From: an uncultured Gemmatimonadaceae bacterium
Lineage (GTDB): Bacteria > Gemmatimonadota > Gemmatimonadetes > Gemmatimonadales > Gemmatimonadaceae
Reading direction: 5' to 3'
Length of the DNA stretch: 64,000 nucleotides
Assembly: GCA_963724885.1 (NCBI GenBank)
Contig: CAVRWG010000002.1
Span: 114,150 to 178,149, forward strand
The notes below the pieces were generated by a model that made no database searches, had not been told where the DNA came from, and was given only the letters and a program-made list of their open reading frames with translations. Positions within the stretch are counted from its first letter, which is position 1. Each line of letters opens with the position of its first letter. Of the stretch, positions 8,790-17,320 are shown piece by piece. The translations under genes and the position numbers were made by a program.

Positions 8790-9746
8790 ATGGGGGCCGG
8801 GGACGTCGCCTTTCGAGGCTTTAACGGCGCGTTGCTGACTTCTCTGCACCTCGCGGAGCACTCAGCATCAAACTGCGCAGTGTGCCGCTTTCCATTTGCT
8901 ATAGTGACGCCAACCCGATCGGAGACACCGCTGGAAGTATTGGACGCGCAGCGCATCGTCGCTGGTGGTCGCCGTGGGAGCTCCCGACCCATTCTCGTCG
9001 AGACGACGGGCGGGCGTCGCCTGGTCAAGCTGCGCGGCGCCGCTCAGGGAACCGGCCCTCTCATCGCGGAAATCATCGTCGGCACGCTGGCGCAGGCGAT
9101 CGGGCTCTCTGTTCCCGGCCGCTGCCTCGTGAGACTGCGCCCCGGCATCGAGACTGTGGACGGTGACGACGAGCTCGCGGATCTGGTCGGCGCGAGCGCC
9201 GGCATCAACCTCGGCGTCGACTATCTCGACGATGCGCAGGAGATAGTCGCGTCTGATGTCGCGAGCATCCCGCTCGCGACGCAGGCCAGGATTCTCTGGC
9301 TCGACCGGCTGGTGCTCAACTCCGATCGCACTGGCCGGAACTCGAATCTCCTGAAGTGGCGGCGGCACCTCTGGCTCATCGATCACGGCGCGTCGCTGCC
9401 GTTTCAGTACGACTGGGCATCGGTGACGGAAGATCTCCCGGGGCAGCCAGGCTGGATGCGCGAGGCACATCTGTTCGAGGCATCGGTCCCGAACGCGCTA
9501 CTGTGGGAGACGGACCTGGCGCTGGGAGCGCTCCTCTCGCGCGACGTCGTCGGGTGCGCCGCGTCGCTCGTGCCGGATGAGTTCCTGCACACGCTCGATG
9601 CGTCGCAGCGTCGCCGGCGCCGCGCGGCGTTCGCAGCGTTCCTGTGGAAGCGTCTTCGAAGTCCACGACCGTTCCTCGGCGAACGGGCGTTGCCAGTCCA
9701 TCGCCCCGGCGCCAAGCCAGCATGGGTCCGGCGGAGCCCGCCCTGA
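8790..9746 (+). CDS. HipA-like / atypical kinase-fold protein (hypothetical)
   Basis: Segment LVLNSDRTGRNSNLLKWRRHLWLIDHGASL resembles the HipA catalytic loop (D-x-x-x-x-N-x-x-LL) and an IDHG (DFG-like) element, but the canonical His and Lys are replaced. Transcribed divergently from the biosynthetic operon. Confidence 0.3.
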   Translation: MGAGDVAFRGFNGALLTSLHLAEHSASNCAVCRFPFAIVTPTRSETPLEVLDAQRIVAGGRRGSSRPILVETTGGRRLVKLRGAAQGTGPLIAEIIVGTLAQAIGLSVPGRCLVRLRPGIETVDGDDELADLVGASAGINLGVDYLDDAQEIVASDVASIPLATQARILWLDRLVLNSDRTGRNSNLLKWRRHLWLIDHGASLPFQYDWASVTEDLPGQPGWMREAHLFEASVPNALLWETDLALGALLSRDVVGCAASLVPDEFLHTLDASQRRRRRAAFAAFLWKRLRSPRPFLGERALPVHRPGAKPAWVRRSPP

Positions 9747-9752
9747 CCTCGG

Positions 9753-11177
9753 TTATTTCTTCCGCGCCAGCTGCTCCACGACGTCCCACTGGAACCGCAC
9801 GAACTTGTGCAGCTCGCTCTCCAGGATGCGTTCCTGGTCGCTGTGCGCGCCGAACCCCTTGGGCCCGTCCTCGACGTCGAACGCGGGGCCGATACCGTAA
9901 CATTGCATGCCTTTCGCGCGGAGATAGGCCATGTCGGTCGCGCCGGTGAGCATGGTCGGCAGCGTCACCGTCTGATAGTGCCGCGTGACGGCGGCCTCGA
10001 TGGCGCGGAACGCATCTGTGTCGAGTCGTGCCTGGGGCGTCTCGGGACGCACGTCGCGCCGCGCGTAGGCGACGGTGATGGCCGGGTCGTTGATGACGCC
10101 GCGCACGGTCTCGAGGAACGCGGCGGTGTCCTCGCCGGGCACCATGCGGACGTCGAGCGTCGCCTTCGCCTCCGACGGGATCACGTTCACGCGGTACCCC
10201 GCCTGGACGATGTTGGGCGAGATGGACGTGCGGATGACCGACGCGTGCGCCGGCTCGAATTCGAGGAAGTACTCGTCGGTGACGGCGACGCTCGTGCCGT
10301 CGTTGCCGGTGATCGCGCGATACCGGCCGGCGCTGTCCGCGCCGGAGATGGACGCGAGCCGCTGGAAGTAGGTGCGGGTCGTCTCGTTCAGCTTGATGGG
10401 CGTTCGATACGCGGCGATCTTCGCGACCGCCTGCGCCAGGTGCGCCACGGCGTTGCCGCGCAGCGGCACGGAACCGTGGCCCGCGGGACCGCGCGCGGTC
10501 AGCTCGATGGCGCGCGGGATCTTCTCGGTGGTCGAGACGCCGGCGAACTTGACGCGCCCGCCGACGCGCGCGACGGCGCCGCCTTCGGCGAGACAATACT
10601 CCGCTTCGATCTTCGGGAAGTGCTCGCGCGTCATGTGCTGGATGCCGACGCGCGTGGAGCCCTCCTCGCCCGCTTCCGCGAGGAAAATCACGTCGCGATC
10701 CAGCGGCACCGCGAGCCGCTTGAGTGTGAGCATGAGCATCAGGGCGGCGACCACGTTGTCCTTGTCGTCCACCGCGCCGCGGCCGTAGACGTAGCCGCCG
10801 TCGCGCGTCGCGCTGAATGGCGGGTGCGTCCACTTGGCGGGGTCCACGTTCACGACGTCCGTGTGGCCCATGATCAGCAGCGGTCTTTTCGTTCCGCTCC
10901 CCTTGAGCCGGGCCACCAGGTTGGGGCGATTCGGTTCGAGGGCGAACGTCTCGACCGGAATGCCTTCCTTCTCGAGCACCTGCTTGAGGTACTCGACGGC
11001 CGCGCGCTCCGTGCCCGGGGGATCGCTGGTGTCGAACCGCAGCAACGCCTGAAAGTGTTGCATGGTCTCGGCTTCGATGCCGGGCCAGTCGGGCTGTCGG
11101 GGACGCTGGGCCGGAGCGACTGAGAATGCGCTCAGGGCCAGCGGGAGTAGCACGTATTGTCCGAGTGAGTGACGCAT
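9753..11177 (-). CDS. M20-family metallopeptidase (secreted; dipeptidase/carboxypeptidase type)
   Basis: Signal peptide MRHSLGQYVLLPLALSAFSVAPAQ, and M20 motifs HTDVV, GAVDDK, EEGS and GGAV... across 474 aa. Confidence 0.75.
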   Translation of the reverse strand: MRHSLGQYVLLPLALSAFSVAPAQRPRQPDWPGIEAETMQHFQALLRFDTSDPPGTERAAVEYLKQVLEKEGIPVETFALEPNRPNLVARLKGSGTKRPLLIMGHTDVVNVDPAKWTHPPFSATRDGGYVYGRGAVDDKDNVVAALMLMLTLKRLAVPLDRDVIFLAEAGEEGSTRVGIQHMTREHFPKIEAEYCLAEGGAVARVGGRVKFAGVSTTEKIPRAIELTARGPAGHGSVPLRGNAVAHLAQAVAKIAAYRTPIKLNETTRTYFQRLASISGADSAGRYRAITGNDGTSVAVTDEYFLEFEPAHASVIRTSISPNIVQAGYRVNVIPSEAKATLDVRMVPGEDTAAFLETVRGVINDPAITVAYARRDVRPETPQARLDTDAFRAIEAAVTRHYQTVTLPTMLTGATDMAYLRAKGMQCYGIGPAFDVEDGPKGFGAHSDQERILESELHKFVRFQWDVVEQLARKK

Positions 11178-11368
11178 CGAAGTGGCAGGGTTGCGGGTTT
11201 CCGGGCGTTGCTCGTGCTCCGCAGAAAGCTACTGCGCCGAGCGGCGTCGGGACCATCGCGCAGAAAGGTGATCACGGTCCGTGATCAACTTCCCGCGACC
11301 AGATCGTGAACCGGCTGGGTCCGCAGCGAATCTGGCGTCCCTCGCCCGCGACGGGCATTGTTCCCGCC

Positions 11369-11824
11369 ATGCGAATCCCCCTGGCGGTGCTTCACCTGTT
11401 GGCCCTCGGCATCGGTCTCGGTGCGATCTACGTACGCGCGCGGGCGCTCAACCGCGTGGGCCAGGAGCCAGAAGCGCTGCGCCGCGCCTTTACGGCCGAT
11501 ACCTGGTGGGGAATCGCCGCCATCCTCTGGATCGCCACGGGCCTCTGGCGCTGGTTCGGGCACATGGAGAAATCCGCGTCGTACTACATGACCAATCACA
11601 TCTTCTACGCGAAGATGGGGATCCTGGCCGTCGTCATCCTCGTCGAAAGCTGGCCGGCAAGGACGTTGATGCGGTGGCGCCGGGCCAGTCAGAAAGGAGC
11701 GTTGCCCGCCGACGTCGGACCCATCGCAAAGCGGCTCGCGAGAGTCTCGGACGTCCAGACGCTGCTCGTCGTGTGCATGGTCGTCGCGGCGGTCATGATG
11801 GCGCGCGGCTACGGCGCACGCTGA
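11369..11824 (+). CDS. Small integral membrane protein (DUF-type, four predicted TM helices)
   Basis: MRIPLAVLHLLALGIGLGAIYV... with alternating hydrophobic helices and no recognisable enzymatic motif. Confidence 0.4.
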   Translation: MRIPLAVLHLLALGIGLGAIYVRARALNRVGQEPEALRRAFTADTWWGIAAILWIATGLWRWFGHMEKSASYYMTNHIFYAKMGILAVVILVESWPARTLMRWRRASQKGALPADVGPIAKRLARVSDVQTLLVVCMVVAAVMMARGYGAR

Positions 11825-11831
11825 GGCATAC

Positions 11832-13364
11832 GTGGATCCCGCCGGGACACAAAAGTCGTCCGCGCTTCCTCCAGCGCCACTAACGCCCACGAGCGCCGAG
11901 TCGCCGGAAAGCCGCTCCGGACTCGAACCGTGGGTGCGCGCCGAGCTTCCCGCGCCACCGAACCCGAAGGGCCTGCAATGGCTCGGCGTGGTGGGTCCCG
12001 GCGTGATCGTGCTCGGCATCTCCATTGGCAGCGGCGAGTTCCTGCTCGGCCCGGCGGCCTTCGTGAAGCACGGGCTCTCGCTCCTGTGGGTGACGGTCGT
12101 CGCCGTCTTCCTCCAGACGATCTTCAACCTGGAGCTGATGCGCTACACGATGGCCACGGGCGAGCCGGTGTTCACCGGCTTCATGCGGACCCGCCCGTCG
12201 GCCAAAGGCTGGGCGCTGTTCTACGCGGCGCTCTACTTCCTCCAGACGGGCTGGCCGGCGTGGGCCGCCACCGCGGCGGGCGCGGTGTTCTTTCTCTTCG
12301 AGCGGCGGCTCGCCGGCCCCACCGACGCGGCCATCGTCTACTACATCGGCTGCGCGTCGTTCCTGCTGTGCGTGTTCGCCCTGTTGTTCGGCCGCCGCAT
12401 CGAGCGCACGCTCGAGCTGCTCAACTGGGCCATGGTCTCGTGCATCCTCGCGAGCTTCCTGGTGCTCTCGGTGATCTTCGCGCCTGCCGCGACGTGGGTC
12501 GCGGCCGCGGCAGGCCTCGTAGGATTCGACGCGCCGGCCGGACGCTTCGACTTTCTTCCGGCCGGCGTGGACTTCGTCCTCCTGGCGGCGCTCGTGGGCT
12601 ACGCGGGCGGTGGCGGTGTCGCGAACATCACGCTCGCCAACTGGGCGCGCGACAAGGGCTACGGGATGAGCGAGCACGCCGGCTACATCCCGGCGGCCGT
12701 CGGAGGCCGGCGCGTGAACCTGGCGCACAGCGGGTTCAGGTTCACGCCTTCGGACGAATCGATGCGGCGGTGGCGCGGGTGGTGGCGCATCGTGAAAGCC
12801 GACCAATGGGGCGTGTTCTTCATCGGGGCGCTGCTGGGCATGGTGCTTCCAGCCCTGTTGTACGTGACGTTCCTGCCGCGCGGCACGGAGATTCGCGGGC
12901 TGGGGATCGCCGCGGCGCTGGCGTCGAGCGTCGGCGCGCAGGCCGGCCCGTTGCTCGCGGGCGCCATCGCGCTCCTGGGCGTGTGGTTGCTGCTCAAGAC
13001 GCAGCTCGACAGCGTCGAGGCCATGACTCGCGCGATCACCGATATCCTCTGGACCGGCAGCAGGCGGGTGCGGGCGTGGCGCGGCGGTGACGTCCGGGCG
13101 GTGTACTACACCGTGCTGGCGGCGGTGGCGATCTGGGGGATGATCGCGCTCCGCCTGGCGCCACCGATCGTCCTGCTCCAACTTGCCGCCAACGTCGCCG
13201 GGGCCGTGTTCATCGTCTCGTCGCTGCACCTGCTGTACATCAACACGCGACTGCTGCCGGTGGAGCTGAGGCCGTCCATGTGGCGCCGGACCGCGCTGGT
13301 GGCCATGGCGGTGTTTTATGCGTTCTTCGTGACGCTCTCCCTGAGCAGGCTTCTTGGGACCTGA
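11832..13364 (+). CDS. Nramp-family divalent metal ion transporter
   Basis: GPGVIVLGISIGSGEF signature region near the N-terminus and about 11-12 TM helices across 510 aa. Confidence 0.7.
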   Translation: MDPAGTQKSSALPPAPLTPTSAESPESRSGLEPWVRAELPAPPNPKGLQWLGVVGPGVIVLGISIGSGEFLLGPAAFVKHGLSLLWVTVVAVFLQTIFNLELMRYTMATGEPVFTGFMRTRPSAKGWALFYAALYFLQTGWPAWAATAAGAVFFLFERRLAGPTDAAIVYYIGCASFLLCVFALLFGRRIERTLELLNWAMVSCILASFLVLSVIFAPAATWVAAAAGLVGFDAPAGRFDFLPAGVDFVLLAALVGYAGGGGVANITLANWARDKGYGMSEHAGYIPAAVGGRRVNLAHSGFRFTPSDESMRRWRGWWRIVKADQWGVFFIGALLGMVLPALLYVTFLPRGTEIRGLGIAAALASSVGAQAGPLLAGAIALLGVWLLLKTQLDSVEAMTRAITDILWTGSRRVRAWRGGDVRAVYYTVLAAVAIWGMIALRLAPPIVLLQLAANVAGAVFIVSSLHLLYINTRLLPVELRPSMWRRTALVAMAVFYAFFVTLSLSRLLGT

Positions 13365-13485
13365 TCCCTCGACACCTCGCTGAACCGTCTCACCTCTTCA
13401 CCGGGGTCAGGTAACCCAAGCGCCATTCCCGGTGTCGAATTCGGGCCGACCCGTTCGACTACTCGCAACCCTGAATGGAGGACCC

Positions 13486-13845
13486 ATGCGCTACCTGGCA
13501 CTAGTCTACGAAGACGAAAAACTCTGGGAGACGATGCCCAAGGACGAAGCCGAGAAAGTGTTCGGCGAATACTTCGCCTTCACGGACGGCATCAAGAAGA
13601 CCGGACATCATCTCGGGGGCGACCCGCTCCAGCCGACCACCACGGCCACGACCGTCCGCGTTCGCAACGGCAAGATCACGACGACCGACGGCCCGTTCGC
13701 CGAGACGCGCGAGCAGCTCGGGGGCTACTATCTGCTCGAGGCCAAGGACCTCAACGACGCGATCAGCGTCGCGGCGAAGATTCCCGGCGCGAAACTCGGG
13801 AGTGTCGAGATCCGGCCGGTCATGGAAGTCATGGGTCCATCGTGA
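13486..13845 (+). CDS. YciI-like (YCII-related) small protein
   Basis: MRYLALVYEDE...GPFAETREQLGGYYLLEAKDLNDAISVAAKIP, the classic YCII fold signature. A good RBS (aatggagga) precedes it, and it sits upstream of an ECF sigma factor as is commonly seen. Confidence 0.65.
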   Translation: MRYLALVYEDEKLWETMPKDEAEKVFGEYFAFTDGIKKTGHHLGGDPLQPTTTATTVRVRNGKITTTDGPFAETREQLGGYYLLEAKDLNDAISVAAKIPGAKLGSVEIRPVMEVMGPS

Positions 13846-13979
13846 GGCCTGACGTCAACGGCGTGTTCGCTGTCATGAGGCACGACCGGTGAACGGGTCC
13901 AGAATCAGGCGGTGAGGCTCCGGTCAGCGCCGCAAGGCACCTCATCCGTTACCTGATCCGGCCTGTCGGTATCCATTAG

Positions 13980-15254
13980 GTGCTCATGACAGAGAACACG
14001 CAGTTGAGCATTCATGGCCAGGACGTTCGCGAGCGCGTCGATTCGATCTACCGCTCCGATTCCCGCCGCGTCCTGGCCACCCTCATCCGCCTGCTCGGCG
14101 ATTTCGACCTCGCCGAGGAGGCTCTGCACGACGCGTTCGTCGCGGCGGTCGAACAGTGGCCCGTCGCCGGTGTGCCCGCGAATCCGCGATCGTGGCTGGT
14201 CTCGACCGGCCGGTTCAAGGCGATCGACGCGATCCGGCGGCGCGCGAAGTTCGACGCGTCCCTCGACCACATCGCGCTCGAGCTGGAACGCGGCGGCAGC
14301 GAGCAGTCGCACCACGATCCCGATGCCGTCGAGGACGACCGCCTGCGTCTCATCTTCACGTGCTGCCATCCGGCCATCCCGGCCGACGCGCGCGTCGCAC
14401 TGACGCTGCGTGAGGTCTGCGGCCTGACGACCGAGGAGATCGCGCGCGCGTTCCTGACGAGCGCCCCCACCGTGGCGCAGCGCATTGTGCGCGCCAAGAA
14501 CAAGATTCGAGTCGCGCGCGTTCCGTATCAGGTGCCGGAACGCTCCGAGCTGTCCGAGCGGCTGGACGGCGTCTTACGCGTGATCTATCTGGTCTTCAGC
14601 GAAGGGTATGCCGCGTCGTCCGGCGGCTCGTTGACGCGGCACGATCTCTCCGCCGAGGCCATCCGCCTCGGGCGGCTGCTCGTGGAGCTGCTTCCCGAAC
14701 CGGAGGCGCAGTCCCTGCTCGCGCTCATGCTGCTGCACGAGTCGCGGCGCGCGGCGCGCACGTCGTCGTCGGGGGACGTCATGCTGCTCGACGACCAGGA
14801 CCGCTCGCTGTGGAATCGCGCGCAGATCGCGGAGGGCACGGCGCTCGTGGAGCGCGCCCTCTCGCTGCGGCGCGTTGGGCCGTTCGCCGTACAGGCCGCG
14901 ATCGCGGCGGTGCACGCCGAAGGCGCGAGTGCCGACGTCACCGACTGGGCCCAGATCGTGGGCCTGTACGACGTGCTGCTGCGCCTGGACGCGTCGCCGG
15001 TGATCGAGCTGAATCGCGCCGCGGCCGTGGCGATGCGCGACGGGCCCCGCGCGGGGCTCGCGCTCATCGATGCGATCTTCGCGCGCGGCGAGCTGACCGA
15101 ATACCACCTGGCCCACTCGGCGCGCGCGGATCTGCTGCGGCGCCTGGGCGAGCCGGGTGAAGCGCGGGCGTCGTACCAGCGGGCGCTCGGGCTCGCGCGG
15201 CTCGAGCCGGAGCGCCGGTTCCTCGAGCGCCGGCTGGGCGAGCTCACCTCCTGA
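13980..15254 (+). CDS. ECF-type RNA polymerase sigma factor with extended C-terminal domain (SigJ/ECF41-like)
   Basis: Sigma-2 region (LIRLLGDFDLAEEALHDAFVAAVEQW) and sigma-4 HTH (LTLREVCGLTTEEIARAFLTSAPTVAQRIVRAKNKI) followed by an approximately 200-aa C-terminal extension. Confidence 0.75.
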   Translation: MLMTENTQLSIHGQDVRERVDSIYRSDSRRVLATLIRLLGDFDLAEEALHDAFVAAVEQWPVAGVPANPRSWLVSTGRFKAIDAIRRRAKFDASLDHIALELERGGSEQSHHDPDAVEDDRLRLIFTCCHPAIPADARVALTLREVCGLTTEEIARAFLTSAPTVAQRIVRAKNKIRVARVPYQVPERSELSERLDGVLRVIYLVFSEGYAASSGGSLTRHDLSAEAIRLGRLLVELLPEPEAQSLLALMLLHESRRAARTSSSGDVMLLDDQDRSLWNRAQIAEGTALVERALSLRRVGPFAVQAAIAAVHAEGASADVTDWAQIVGLYDVLLRLDASPVIELNRAAAVAMRDGPRAGLALIDAIFARGELTEYHLAHSARADLLRRLGEPGEARASYQRALGLARLEPERRFLERRLGELTS

Positions 15255-15288
15255 TTGCAGCGCGGCCGGTTCCGCAGCAATTTCGGGC

Positions 15289-16293
15289 GTGCAACTCGTC
15301 ACGCTCGACGACTACGAAGAGGCCGCGGAGGTGTCGATTCCCTCCGCGGCCTGGGAGTACATCCATAGCGGCGCAGCCGACGAGCACACGCTGCGATGGA
15401 ATCGCGAGGCGTTCGCGGCGCTGCGACTGAGCCCGCGCGTCCTCAACGACGTCAGCCGGATCGACACGCGCCTTCGCCTCTTCGGTCAGGACCTCGAGCA
15501 TCCGGTCATGCTGGCGCCCATCGCTGCGCAGGGTCTGGTGCATCCCGACGCGGAAGTGGCGACCGCCATCGGGGCCCATGCCGCGAGAGCGGGGATGGTG
15601 TTGAGCAGCTACACGTCCAAGCGCGTGGAGGACGTCGCCGCCATCGGCGCGGCGCCGCTCTGGTTCCAGCTCTACCTCCAGGACAGGGAAGCGACGCGCG
15701 CGCTGATTCCGGACGTGGTCGCGGCCGGGTGCACCGCGCTGTGCGTCACCGTGGACACACCGACCAGCGGCGCCCGCGACCGGCAGGCGCGCGCCGCGTT
15801 CGAGTTTCCCGCGGACCTGCCGTATCGCACGGTGGAGCCGGGCGACAATCCCTGCACCTGGGACGACATCGTCTGGATTCGAGAGCTTGCGAAAGTGCCC
15901 GTGCTGCTCAAGGGGATCATGCACCCGGACGACGCGGACCTGGCGATCCAGGCGGGAGCGGCCGGCATCGTGGTGTCGAACCACGGCGCGCGCAACCTCG
16001 ACACTGCGGCGCCGACGATCGACGCGCTGCCGGCGATCGCCGAACGGGTGGGCGGGCGGATCCCGCTGCTGCTGGACGGCGGCATCCGGCGTGGCACCGA
16101 CGTGCTCAAGGCCCTCGCGCTCGGCGCCGACGCCGTGATGATCGGGCGCCCGTACATCTACGGGCTCGCTGTCGGCGGGTCCGCGGGCGTGAGCGCGGTC
16201 GTGGACATTCTGGTGAGGGAGCTGCAGTTGGCCATGGCGCTCGTGGGGCGGCCGAGCATCGCGCGACTGGATCGCTCGGTGATCTGGACCTAG
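15289..16293 (+). CDS. FMN-dependent alpha-hydroxy-acid dehydrogenase/oxidase (L-lactate dehydrogenase / glycolate oxidase family)
   Basis: LLDGGIRRGTDVLKALALGADAVMIGRPYIYGL and VSNHGARNLD motifs. GTG start chosen after the sigma stop; the track start at 15157 would overlap the sigma gene. Confidence 0.75.
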   Translation: MQLVTLDDYEEAAEVSIPSAAWEYIHSGAADEHTLRWNREAFAALRLSPRVLNDVSRIDTRLRLFGQDLEHPVMLAPIAAQGLVHPDAEVATAIGAHAARAGMVLSSYTSKRVEDVAAIGAAPLWFQLYLQDREATRALIPDVVAAGCTALCVTVDTPTSGARDRQARAAFEFPADLPYRTVEPGDNPCTWDDIVWIRELAKVPVLLKGIMHPDDADLAIQAGAAGIVVSNHGARNLDTAAPTIDALPAIAERVGGRIPLLLDGGIRRGTDVLKALALGADAVMIGRPYIYGLAVGGSAGVSAVVDILVRELQLAMALVGRPSIARLDRSVIWT

Positions 16294-16822
16294 CTCGTTC
16301 GGCGCGGGCGAGTTCGGCGCGGTCGGCCTCCCATCGCCCACCACTCTCGAGTCGCTGCCGAGGGTTTCGCGATCAGCCACTCGCGTGGGGTCGCCCTCGC
16401 GGACCACGCTCGAGTCGCTGCGGCGTGAGGTCCCCCCGCGCGGACCACGCTGCGCTCCTCGGTCGCTCGCTGCCGCTCCGCTTCCCTGCGGTGCTCGCTG
16501 GCTGTCGGCGTCGGCGGGTGTCCGCCTCCGCCTCCAGACGGTCCGCTCAGGGGGACCTCACTCCTTCGCTACCGCGCTAGTCTCGCCACCTTCGCAGCGA
16601 AGGCGATGGCTCTCGTGCCCCCGATCGCGGCTGTGATTCAACGCCGACAGTCTTCGCCGCGCCGCACCGCAATTCCGCGAGCATGGCAGGCGATCGTGCG
16701 CCGAGTCGTGCGTGCCCAGCTCGCGTGGACTCGTGTCAGAGCGGGACCGGAGCGTGAGTTCCCTGGCCGGACCGTTGGAGCGTGAGGGCGACCCCACGCG
16801 AGGAGCCGTTAAGTTCGATTTC
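16294..16822. repeat. About 530-bp non-coding, repeat-rich gap: degenerate direct repeats (GACCACGCTCGAGTCGCTGC-like units) plus a 19-bp inverted repeat about 390 bp apart
   Basis: cactcgcgtggggtcgccctc at about 16378-16398 versus gagggcgaccccacgcgag at about 16786-16804, and repeated accac(g/t)ctcgagtcgctgc and ggagcgtgag units. There is no plausible ORF, which is unusual in this otherwise tightly packed region. Confidence 0.5.
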
Positions 16823-17317
16823 ATGCGCGAGCGTTTCCAGCTCCGGGCGTACGAGCCGGCCGACGCCGAGGCGGTCAACGCGACCGTAGTCGCGGCGTTC
16901 GGAGAGTTCGACCCGTCGCACGGCGACTGGCCGACGGCGCTGCGCAACGCGGCCGGCTCCGCGGCGCTCGCCGACGTCGGTGAGATGATCGTCGCCACCG
17001 TCGATGGTAAGGTCGTCGGGTGCATCACGTACGTCGGGCCGGGCGTCGAGAAGCAAAGCTGGTTCGAGCGGGAGTGGCCGGTGATTCGGCGTCTCGCGGT
17101 CCGCCCCGAATTGCGCGGCCTCGGCATCGGACGCGCCCTGACCGAGGAATGCATCGCCCGGGCGCGACGCGACGGCGCGGACCTCATCGCGCTCCACACC
17201 ACGCCGATCATGGACGTCGCCGTCGGCATGTACGAACGCATCGGGTTCAGCTATTTGCGCGAGGCGCCGCCAGTGGGAGACGTTCCGTACGGGATCTGGG
17301 CGAAGCGCTTACGTTGA
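16823..17317 (+). CDS. GNAT-family N-acetyltransferase
   Basis: MRERFQLRAYEPADAEAV...RRLAVRPELRGLGIGRALTEE, the canonical GNAT motif A (R-x-x-G-x-G). Confidence 0.7.
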   Translation: MRERFQLRAYEPADAEAVNATVVAAFGEFDPSHGDWPTALRNAAGSAALADVGEMIVATVDGKVVGCITYVGPGVEKQSWFEREWPVIRRLAVRPELRGLGIGRALTEECIARARRDGADLIALHTTPIMDVAVGMYERIGFSYLREAPPVGDVPYGIWAKRLR

Positions 17318-17320
17318 CTC

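Noticed and set aside
9376-11256. 626-aa minus-strand ORF and 438-aa plus-strand ORF overlapping the M20 peptidase
   Set aside because: The M20 frame (9753..11177) has a signal peptide and family motifs. The alternatives are compositionally biased shadow ORFs.
11880-13229. 449-aa antisense ORF within the Nramp gene
   Set aside because: A shadow ORF. Nramp TM topology and signature are clear on the plus strand.
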